This document shows positions 9,170 to 16,723 of a stretch of DNA of 59,683 nt, piece after piece. The translations under genes were made by a program, and so were the position numbers. Source of the stretch: an uncultured virus (IMG/VR IMGVR_UViG_2509276001_000001). Taxonomy: Duplodnaviria; Heunggongvirae; Uroviricota; Caudoviricetes. The first letter of the stretch is position 1; each line of letters starts with the position of its first letter. The stretch is from IMG/VR virus record IMGVR_UViG_2509276001_000001; one strand, written 5' to 3'. Under the pieces are notes generated by a model. It was given only the letters and a program-made list of their open reading frames with translations, searched no databases and was not told the origin of the DNA.

Positions 9170-9651
9170 ACATTCTGTCAATTCAAAGCAACATCGACAA
9201 GTTTTTCGATGAACACGGCAAATACGTCACAACGGGAGCCAACGGAAGTTGGTTCCTATTCGAGGACGGTGCCATGTACGAGAACGTTCCCTCGCTCATG
9301 GGTTGGATGAAGGAGCCACCGGAAGATCCGTTGGAGCGATGGACATTGATCGCCCAATACCGCGAAATCCGACTTGCGAACTCGGTTGACGAGTTTGATA
9401 GGGAACACCGCCGCTTGGACAAGGACAACTACGCATGGCGAGATGCTGAAAAGAACTTCCTCCGCTTAGAAAAGCTCAAGGAGAAAGTGAAAAAGCAAAA
9501 GCGGTCGCTCGCAACGGCAACGCGGAAACGCAACAGACTCGACCCGAAGTGGATTTCGCCAGAAGAGCATCTCAAGCATGCCAAAGAACGAGATCGCAAC
9601 GAAGGACGAAAAGCAAGCTTCAAAAACAAACTTAAGAAATTCCAAGTCTAG
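9166..9651 (+). CDS. Hypothetical coiled-coil protein
   Basis: 161-aa ORF overlapping the terL stop. Confidence 0.65.
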   Translation: MNILSIQSNIDKFFDEHGKYVTTGANGSWFLFEDGAMYENVPSLMGWMKEPPEDPLERWTLIAQYREIRLANSVDEFDREHRRLDKDNYAWRDAEKNFLRLEKLKEKVKKQKRSLATATRKRNRLDPKWISPEEHLKHAKERDRNEGRKASFKNKLKKFQV

Positions 9652-9663
9652 GAGACATTAGAG

Positions 9664-10221
9664 ATGACCAGTATCCGAAGAATGACATTTGAGTCGCACG
9701 GCACTGTCGGCGTCGTTGAAGGGCCCTCGGCGGGCGTTGATCAGTTTCTACGCAACGCACACCCGAACGCGAATCGCGGCAAGTCAAAGTTTGTGAATGC
9801 GACAGACCAGCAACTTGTGAACAACGGTGGCGACACGGTGAAGGTAACGACTTATGAACCCGTTGCATCAAAGTCAGAGCCGCTCGGCACACCTTCAATC
9901 AACTCGCTGTTTGATGAGCCGCCAGTGGTGAGCGAATCGGTACTTCAACCGCTCGACTACCAAACGACCGTGGCAGCTCAAGTGCAGCCACCCACGAAGG
10001 TATCACGACCACCGCTCCGCATCGGTAATTCGAGTCCAGGTTTGCGGCTACCGACGATTAACGATCTGTTTGACAAGCCCGCTGAGACGCCCGGTAACGA
10101 GCGAGCACCCGCTAACTCGACAACCGAGCGGGGGCCGCAACACAACACGCGACGAGCGATGACAAAAGGCGGCGAGCCGCTTGGGTTGCCAACGCTCTTT
10201 GAGACAGGAGATCAGCCGTAA
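9664..10221 (+). CDS. Hypothetical Pro-rich protein with three short repeats
   Basis: GGAG RBS; EPLGTPSINSLFD / PGLRLPTINDLFD / EPLGLPTLFE. Confidence 0.6.
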   Translation: MTSIRRMTFESHGTVGVVEGPSAGVDQFLRNAHPNANRGKSKFVNATDQQLVNNGGDTVKVTTYEPVASKSEPLGTPSINSLFDEPPVVSESVLQPLDYQTTVAAQVQPPTKVSRPPLRIGNSSPGLRLPTINDLFDKPAETPGNERAPANSTTERGPQHNTRRAMTKGGEPLGLPTLFETGDQP

Positions 10222-10458
10222 GTGGAGACCCGGCACGTTGGGAACCGTGCCGGATTGAGGCGACTGCTGATGGATCGGCCCTTTGGGCATCCTTCAAGCG
10301 AGAAGTCGGCAGTCGTCTTTCTATTGACTAGAGATTTCAGTTTTTAATGTGGGTGGCACGGCTTCGGCGTAGCTACCAGAGTCGGGTTCATTTTCCTTTG
10401 ACCGATTGAACCGGCCACCCACACTTTTTCAAATCGGTTAAAGGAAGGTCAACGTCAG

Positions 10459-12113
10459 ATGACTGCTAAACGAAAACTTAAAAACGCTGTGCTTTACCTG
10501 CGGGCGAGCAGCAAGAAACAAGATACGTCGGTTGCCGAGCAGCGTGTTGCATTGGAGAAGTACGCCAAAGAGAAAGGCTATAAGATCGTCGATGAATATG
10601 TCGACGATGGAATCAGCGGGGATGACACTGAGAACCGCTCAGGCTTTCTGCAAATGAGAGAAGACGCTGCATCACATAGGTTCCACGTGATCTTGTGTTG
10701 GGATCAAGATCGATATGGTCGATTCGATTCAATTGACGCTGGCTATTACACAAAACCGATCCGTGACGCAGGTGTTTCGCTCGAAACAGCAAACGAAGGC
10801 TTGTGTGACTGGGAGGACAGCATTGGCCGATCGATGTACGGGTTGAAACAGGAAGGCAAGCATCAGTTCCTGCATGACCTAAGCCGGAACGTGACACGCG
10901 GAATCATCGAGTCCGCCAAGTCTGGTAGCTGGCATGGCAAAGCTCCCTTCGGCTACGAAATAGTTGGCGAGCGTAAACACAAACGTCTTGAAGTCGTCCC
11001 AGGGAAATCAGCGATCGTGCAACGCATCTTTCGTGAGTACGTCCAAGAAGGAAACTCGATGAATCAGATCGCAAAGCGACTGACCGCTGATGGCATACCC
11101 ACATCAACCGTAAAGAAGAAAAATGGGATTGCGGTTCTGTACGATTCATCTTGGAGAACCGAGCATACGTCGGAGATCGTGTTGCCAATAAACAGACGAG
11201 AGCGAAATACAATCACATCCAAGGCGAAGAAGTGGTCGCTGGCTCAAAGCAAGGCAAGAATGATCCCAAGGATTGGATCATCGTCGAAGGTACGCACGAA
11301 GCAATCATCGACCCCGAAACATTCGCCAAGGCACAGGCGGAACGGGCCAACGGCACAAAACGAAACAACCAGCACCCGCCCGAATCCAATCCCTACCTGT
11401 TTACCGGAGTGCTTCGCTGTGGCTCGTGCGGTGCAAACATGCACGGTGAGAAGCAAACGTCAAACGGTCGACGCTTTTACGAATGCAGCGAACAAAAGAA
11501 AGACCGAAATGCTTGCACTGGATCGAAGATTCCGCAGGACAAATTGATTGAAACCATCGTCGAAACGATTGACCAAGAGTTCGGAAGCAAATTGATGGGG
11601 CGGTTTTGCGGAACCAGACAGGGGTTTGATAGACGCCTCGACCAAGCTAGCGACTTGATTGCGAAGCTTGAGCGAATGTTGCTTCCACCCAAATCAGCGA
11701 AGGTGAATTTAGCGTCTCTGAAAAAGCAGATTGCGAATTTGGAGGGCAGAATAAAGACTGCTAGACGAAATCTTGCCGCGATCAATGATCCAAAAAACAT
11801 CCCTGCCATTGAGGATCAGATTCGCACCTGGGAATCAAATTGCGACGAGCTTCGGAAGAGTGTCACCAATCAACCGAATGAGAAAACAATCCGTGCTCGA
11901 GTGCGAGAGATTTTCCAAGCACTGGCCGAACTACAAACGCAGGATGAAGACTTGGTTCGTAGAGTCGCCAAACAAATCGACAAGATCGTCATACGCTGTG
12001 GTCGAAGCGGCAAGAGGGGGAACGGAATTCGCTATCACTTTCGATGCGGCGAAATTCACTTTAATCGAGTGGGGGCGGTTGGTAGTGAATCGAACTCACA
12101 TCGCTCGGATTAA
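10459..12113 (+). pseudogene. Large serine recombinase (integrase), frameshift near 11110
   Basis: YLRASS..Q, DDGISG, DQDRYGR, APFGY; second frame continues WDCGSVRFILENRAYVG, HEAII, Zn ribbon CGSC..C..C and coiled coil. Confidence 0.92.
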
Positions 12114-12147
12114 GAGTCCGATGCATTACCTTGTCTGCCACAATCCC
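12087..12147 (-). pseudogene. 5' part of split host tRNA-Lys(CUU)
   Basis: GGGATTG...TCGGA-CT CTT AA-TCCGA...GTGAG-TTCGATT; T stem and acceptor are not restored by element sequence. Confidence 0.9.
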
Positions 12148-12172
12148 ATGTGTCGTCGTTGTTTCGTTTCAG

Positions 12173-12245
12173 TCGGCGTGGCGGGAATTGAACCCGCGAC
12201 CGTCGCCTTATAAGGACGCCGCTCTCACCCCTGAGCTACACGCCG
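12173..12245 (-). tRNA. tRNA-Ile(UAU)
   Basis: CGGCGTG/CACGCCG; GCTC/GAGC D stem; CGTC-CT TAT AA-GGCG; GCGGG-TTCAATT-CCCGC. Confidence 0.85.
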
Positions 12246-12257
12246 ATGCGTAGCCAA

Positions 12258-12352
12258 TGGGGCCGAAGGGAGTTGAACCCTCACCTACACGACGACCAAC
12301 GCTGCGCGTCGGTGCCCGAAGTCCGTCATGCTGCCAGTTACACCACAGCCCC
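12258..12352 (-). pseudogene. tRNA gene (probably Lys) with a hairpin inserted in the anticodon loop
   Basis: GGGGCTG/CGGCCCC acceptor and intact T-arm; anticodon arm is 21 nt too long. Confidence 0.75.
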
Positions 12353-12428
12353 GATTTTCAGTCGCGGCTATGCGTTTCAATCGCAGTGCAGGCAGCATGT
12401 TGTTTTCCTTTCGTATCGTTGTCGTAAG

Positions 12429-12500
12429 TGGTAGCCCTGAGGATCGAACTCAGCGCGACCCGCGTATCAGGCGGATTTGGGCGACCAGCCCTCGACTACC
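12429..12500 (-). tRNA. tRNA-Ile(GAU), short D-loop
   Basis: GGTAGTC/GGCTACC; CCGC-CT GAT AC-GCGG; CTGAG-TTCGATC-CTCAG. Confidence 0.8.
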
Positions 12501-12517
12501 GTTGTCGTTTCAAAAAG

Positions 12518-12590
12518 TCGGACACCTCGGAGTCGAACCGAGACCCTCCTGGTCCCAAACCAGGCGTGCTTCCATCTGCACCTGTATCCG
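12518..12590 (-). tRNA. tRNA-Pro(UGG)
   Basis: CGGATAC/GTGTCCG-A; CCTGG-TT TGG GA-CCAGG. Confidence 0.9.
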
Positions 12591-12647
12591 ATGTTGTTCG
12601 TCGTCTTCGCCGCGGACGATTCCGTCGGCGCATATCTTCCTTGTCAG

Positions 12648-12719
12648 TGGGCCGGGAGGCGCTCGAATCCTCGTCTGCGGTTCTTCAGACCGCCGCTAGA
12701 CCGTCTCAGCTACCAGCCC
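12648..12719 (-). tRNA. tRNA-Phe(GAA), first gene of the array
   Basis: GGGCTGG/CCGGCCC; GCGGT-CT GAA GA-ACCGC. Confidence 0.85.
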
Positions 12720-12762
12720 AAGTTGGGTTCGTTGTTGGGGTTGCCCGTTCGATGCGGACACG

Positions 12763-12796
12763 AAAAAAGGCTCAGGTGTCTGCGTGACACCGAGCC
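12763..12796 (-). terminator. Attenuator-type terminator upstream of the tRNA array
   Basis: GGCTCGGTGTC-ACGCA-GACACCTGAGCC followed by T6. Confidence 0.8.
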
Positions 12797-12831
12797 TTCA
12801 TGAAGAAGTCGTTCGCTAATGAAAGCGAGTG

Positions 12832-12948
12832 TCACATCAGACGCGGATACGCCGGGGCATTATCTGTATTCAACGGTTGCCCGCCGAACGCATAGCCTTC
12901 GTGTATCTGTTCGAGTCGACTGGATTGAATATTCAATTGTAAAAACAT
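12832..12948 (-). CDS. Putative 38-aa leader peptide (MFLQ...GG...AYPRLM)
   Basis: Short ORF ending about 35 nt before the terminator; homologous pattern to 1143-1250. Confidence 0.6.
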   Translation of the reverse strand: MFLQLNIQSSRLEQIHEGYAFGGQPLNTDNAPAYPRLM

Positions 12949-13118
12949 CAGAAAGCTCGTTACTCGCTTGTCTATGAATGTGACTTGTGTGTTCGGATAG
13001 ATAGACGCTTTCGCATCACCAGGGTTCGCACGAAATTGTTTTTTCGCGAGAATGTTTGTGGGCGTGCTTCCCGACCACAACTGCTAAACCCCACACATCC
13101 GCAAAAGTACTCGATCGC

Positions 13119-13508
13119 ATGAACGAAATCAAATCTTTTCTCGCCGCCAAGACTTACGCTGTCGCCGGCGCATCGGCTCGCACCCACAAGTACGGATACA
13201 AAGTCTTCAAAGCCCTGCTGACCTCCGACCGCGAAACCTATCCGCTCAACCCGGTCACCGAAGAGATTGACGGGCACAAGGCATACCCGAAGATCGCCGA
13301 TCTGCCCGTCGCTGCCGAATCGCTGTCAATCATCACGCCACCCGAAGTCACTCGCCAAGTCGTGGCCGAAGCGATCGCAGCCGGGGTAAAGCACATCTGG
13401 ATGCAACCTGGAGCCGAAGACGCACAAGCCAGCGAATCTGCACGAGAAGCCGGTATCAACGTGATCGACGACGGCAGCTGCGTCCTTGTGCTGCTGGCGC
13501 TTGAGTAA
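13119..13508 (+). CDS. CoA-binding protein (YccU-like)
   Basis: AVAGAS...KYGYKV, YPLNP, IWMQPG motifs. Confidence 0.9.
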   Translation: MNEIKSFLAAKTYAVAGASARTHKYGYKVFKALLTSDRETYPLNPVTEEIDGHKAYPKIADLPVAAESLSIITPPEVTRQVVAEAIAAGVKHIWMQPGAEDAQASESAREAGINVIDDGSCVLVLLALE

Positions 13509-13533
13509 CGCCGGTCGGTAGGTCGCGGTCCTC

Positions 13534-13779
13534 TTAGCGGCGCCGCGTACCAGCTCGCTTCAGTCCCTTGGCGACAAAGTCGAATGCGTCGACAGGCTTT
13601 TGGTCTTCGAGAACGTCGAAAAAGCACGCCAGCACTCGCTTGGTCTCAGCGACGTTGATTTTCACGCCTTGCGTGTCGGCTTTTCTCGAAACCTGATCGT
13701 AGATGTCGCTGAGCGTTGATGGCTTCTTCTTGGCAGTTGTTTTCTTAGACGCTGCCTTCTTTGCTTTCTTCTTAGCCAC
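13534..13779 (-). CDS. Small basic histone/HU-like protein
   Basis: Lys/Ala-rich N-terminus plus helical core; GGAG RBS. Confidence 0.65.
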   Translation of the reverse strand: MAKKKAKKAASKKTTAKKKPSTLSDIYDQVSRKADTQGVKINVAETKRVLACFFDVLEDQKPVDAFDFVAKGLKRAGTRRR

Positions 13780-13872
13780 TTCGTGTCTCCATGTTGAATT
13801 GAAACGCCCCGTTACGAAGTGCTAGTTGTACATTCCCATCAACCGGTCGAATACCGGCGACGCCAAACGAAA

Positions 13873-13895
13873 CAAGCCAGCGTGATGCTGGCTTG
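13873..13895 (-). terminator. Putative terminator at the end of the prophage operon
   Basis: CAAGCCAGC/GCTGGCTTG stem followed by TTTCGTTT on the minus strand. Confidence 0.5.
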
Positions 13896-13924
13896 CGTGG
13901 AGAGGTTTTGCATGACCGAGGGTT

Positions 13925-14329
13925 TTACCCGTCGCCCGCGCCACCGGGATGCACGACGGGATAAGGCGGCATCTCTGGGTAGTAGTGTCCTGGATGCCCG
14001 TCGGGCAAGTTGTCCGGATACGAATGGCCCGGAGGCACGTGATACGGATGATCCGGTGGGAGTCGCGGCCAGATGATTGCTGGTAGCGGCGGTGGCGATT
14101 CGATCACGACCGGTTCTTCGGGCTGCGGTGGCCAAGGAACGTCGTCGGGCCACCAGTCAGGACGCTCGCCGACGGACGTGTCGTCATCGGAACTTGAGCC
14201 TTCTGGTGGATGAAGTGGCGTCGGAGGAGATGGACTGCCGGAAGTATCGAAGGGCGGATCGAATGGTGGAACAAAGGGATACCATGGCGGCGGGATGTCG
14301 TCGCTGCTTGATCCAGGTAGGAAAGTCAT
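13925..14329 (-). CDS. Proline-rich protein
   Basis: ATGA coupling to the radical SAM gene; Pro/Asp/Ser-rich. Confidence 0.6.
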   Translation of the reverse strand: MTFLPGSSSDDIPPPWYPFVPPFDPPFDTSGSPSPPTPLHPPEGSSSDDDTSVGERPDWWPDDVPWPPQPEEPVVIESPPPLPAIIWPRLPPDHPYHVPPGHSYPDNLPDGHPGHYYPEMPPYPVVHPGGAGDG

Positions 14330-15132
14330 CGAATCTCACTCCTTTGAGTCGGATCGGGATGAGTGAACGGAACACGCTTGCTAGGACAAAGTCCGCATTG
14401 AGAAATGGCCTTGGTTTCAACAAACGTGCGAAGTTCATCTTCGCTGGCGTTCGGAGAGCAGGCCTTGTAGTCGCGAAACAACTGCCAAGCCGGCAACTTT
14501 TCAAGATGCAGTCGCTGTTCCAGCATCGCGTGGTACGCCAGTGCCGGGCATTTCCAAAGGCAGTCGCGAAACAACTGCGTGCATGTCTTTTGCATGCAGA
14601 CTTTGTAGGCAGCAGCGGGATTGGAATCGAATGGCATCGGCTTGCCGTCTTCGACTCGGTATTGTCGCATCCAACCTCGGTGAGACTGACGAATCTTGAT
14701 CTGGATGCCGGGATAGTCGGCCCGCCATTGCCACACCGCCTTCTTCGCTTCGTTGAAACGAGTCAGATAGGGTTCGTGCGTGCCGTGCTGGCTGACTTCG
14801 AGTCGGCAGTCGGTTTCGACGAGTGTTGCGGGCAGGTCGGGGTGGCGATTGAAAAAGAATCCATTGGTGACGAGCATCAAATCGGAGTCGGGCCACGATT
14901 GACGAGCCAACCGCAAGTGTTCGATCAGGTGAGGATTCAAAAGCGGCTCGCCGCCAAGCAGCGCAAACCGCTTCGGTCGAATTCGATTCGACCAGTGCGA
15001 GTACTCACGTCTCGCGTCATCCAGCGTCGGCATTTTCCCAGCGAGATGGAAGTTGCTGTAGTGACTGCATTGCTGACACGAAAGGTTGCATCCGTGGGCA
15101 AGGTGGTACTCAAGAGCCTGGATTTCAATCAT
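14326..15132 (-). CDS. Radical SAM protein
   Basis: CNLSCQQC, LGGEPLL, VTNG, C-terminal Cys cluster. Confidence 0.9.
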   Translation of the reverse strand: MIEIQALEYHLAHGCNLSCQQCSHYSNFHLAGKMPTLDDARREYSHWSNRIRPKRFALLGGEPLLNPHLIEHLRLARQSWPDSDLMLVTNGFFFNRHPDLPATLVETDCRLEVSQHGTHEPYLTRFNEAKKAVWQWRADYPGIQIKIRQSHRGWMRQYRVEDGKPMPFDSNPAAAYKVCMQKTCTQLFRDCLWKCPALAYHAMLEQRLHLEKLPAWQLFRDYKACSPNASEDELRTFVETKAISQCGLCPSKRVPFTHPDPTQRSEIR

Positions 15133-15842
15133 CGCCAGACCACCTTCCGCAGTCCGTGCTTTTTCAAACCGGCTTCTAGGAACTCAGGGCGGTGGCGAAC
15201 GTAGCCTGGTGGATTGACGTGTTCGTGCTTGAACGAGTGATTCAAATCGACCGCAACATTCACACCGGCGATTTTTGCTCGCCAGAAGAAGTCCCAGTGT
15301 TCTTCGACTTTCAGGGACTCGTCCCAGCGGATCGCTTGCAGGATGTCGCGATAGGCAACAAAGCAGTTCCCGACATAGTGACACCAGCGAACCGAGCGAT
15401 GCTGCTTGTAGCTTCCATGGGCAATTCGCAGCACACGGTCTTCAACTCGTAGCGTCCTCGGTCGCTCTGCGTCGTTACTGAGTGCCGCAAGCAAATCGAG
15501 ATCGTGATGTCGATTCAGCGTCCCGATCAGCTCAGGCAATCGCGTTTTGTTCGTGACGAGGTGATCGTCGTCAGTGAATATGACGACCGGAGTGTCGCCG
15601 ATGTCGAGCAGTCGATTCCGACCGGCAGACAACCCAATGTCGTATTCGGTCTCAATCAGCCGATCGACCATTGCCGATTCATCAGGGCACACAGCCGAAA
15701 ACCGCATCTCGGGTTTGCCATCGTCGAGGACGTGGATCTGCGGACGTTCGTCGCCGTAGTGGTCATGGATGCTACGAACGAGTGCGGCGCAGCAGTGCGG
15801 GCGATGGATCGTCTTGATGCAGAAAGTGGCTTGGTTACGCAC
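15129..15842 (-). CDS. Glycosyltransferase family 2
   Basis: IKTIHRP, VLDDG, GLSAGRN, FTDDD, EHWDFF. Confidence 0.85.
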   Translation of the reverse strand: MRNQATFCIKTIHRPHCCAALVRSIHDHYGDERPQIHVLDDGKPEMRFSAVCPDESAMVDRLIETEYDIGLSAGRNRLLDIGDTPVVIFTDDDHLVTNKTRLPELIGTLNRHHDLDLLAALSNDAERPRTLRVEDRVLRIAHGSYKQHRSVRWCHYVGNCFVAYRDILQAIRWDESLKVEEHWDFFWRAKIAGVNVAVDLNHSFKHEHVNPPGYVRHRPEFLEAGLKKHGLRKVVWR

Positions 15843-16596
15843 GGACGATTTGACCTCCTGGATAACGCATCGAATGGAAACCGTGCTTGCGAAGTCCGAT
15901 CGCTCGGAACTTCGATCTCCCCCGCAGGTTGCCGTAGTTAGTGCCCTCCACGTGTGCATGACCGACTGAACAATCCGTCGCGACCGCAATTTCCAGATCG
16001 GCAAGGTGACTCGCCCTGTAGAAGAACTCCCAGTGCTCGTAGGTTTTCAGGGCCTCGTCCCACCGGAGCGTCGCGATCGTTTCTTTCCGAGCAAGAAACG
16101 AGTTGCTGACCATGTCACACCAGGCGACGGTTCCGACACGTTTCGTTTCGCCACGATGCATCCAGATGCGTTTGCCGTTCATCAACGGCGAGAGCATCGT
16201 GGGCCGACCGCCTCCGCCTTGCCGGACGGCAAGGATGTCGAGTTCGTGCGTCGTGAAGTACTCGCAAACACGGTCGATGTGAAAGTCGGGCGTGATAACG
16301 TGGTCGTCGTCGAGCAGGAAGATGTACTCGGTCCCCGCCGCGTCGATTGCCGCGTTGCGTCCAACTCCAACGCCCACGTCGTGCCGATCGAGGTTGATGA
16401 CCGTGCAATGCGCAGCGGTTTCGCGGTACTTCTCACTGAAACGAAGCTCGGGCCGGCCGTCGTCGACAACAACGATCGTTGGATCGGCAATTTGCTCACG
16501 CAGCGATTTGACCAGGCGATGGCAGGACCAAGGTCGGTGAATCGTCTTGATGCAGAACGTGATATCGGCCAACTTAGGTTGGTTGGTTGCACTCAT
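15835..16596 (-). CDS. Glycosyltransferase family 2 (tandem paralog)
   Basis: IKTIHRP, VVDDG, GVGVGRN, LLDDD, EHWEFF. Confidence 0.85.
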   Translation of the reverse strand: MSATNQPKLADITFCIKTIHRPWSCHRLVKSLREQIADPTIVVVDDGRPELRFSEKYRETAAHCTVINLDRHDVGVGVGRNAAIDAAGTEYIFLLDDDHVITPDFHIDRVCEYFTTHELDILAVRQGGGGRPTMLSPLMNGKRIWMHRGETKRVGTVAWCDMVSNSFLARKETIATLRWDEALKTYEHWEFFYRASHLADLEIAVATDCSVGHAHVEGTNYGNLRGRSKFRAIGLRKHGFHSMRYPGGQIVRA

Positions 16597-16723
16597 TGCA
16601 AAACGTACTCTCAAAAAGGTCGAACCAGCTGCCAGCAACTATCGAGACATTTCGACTAGAATCATGGACACGCGAATCACTTCAGAGTCCAAAAACATGC
16701 CATTTCAAAATAGGAACCATCCA

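Larger units (their letters stand above)
953..12093. mobile_element. 11.1-kb serine-integrase element (satellite-like) inserted in tRNA-Lys(CUU)
   Basis: Direct core GAATCGA at 946-952 and 12087-12093; 22-bp inverted attP arms at 955-976 and 12068-12089 (19/22 match); LSR gene at the right end. Confidence 0.92.

Noticed and set aside
12608..12630. Small GC hairpin between tRNA-Pro and tRNA-Phe
   Set aside because: Single short stem with no second copy in the window; function cannot be supported.
14077..15204. 375-aa plus-strand ORF, and similarly 45893-47059
   Set aside because: Antisense shadows of the radical SAM and methylase genes.
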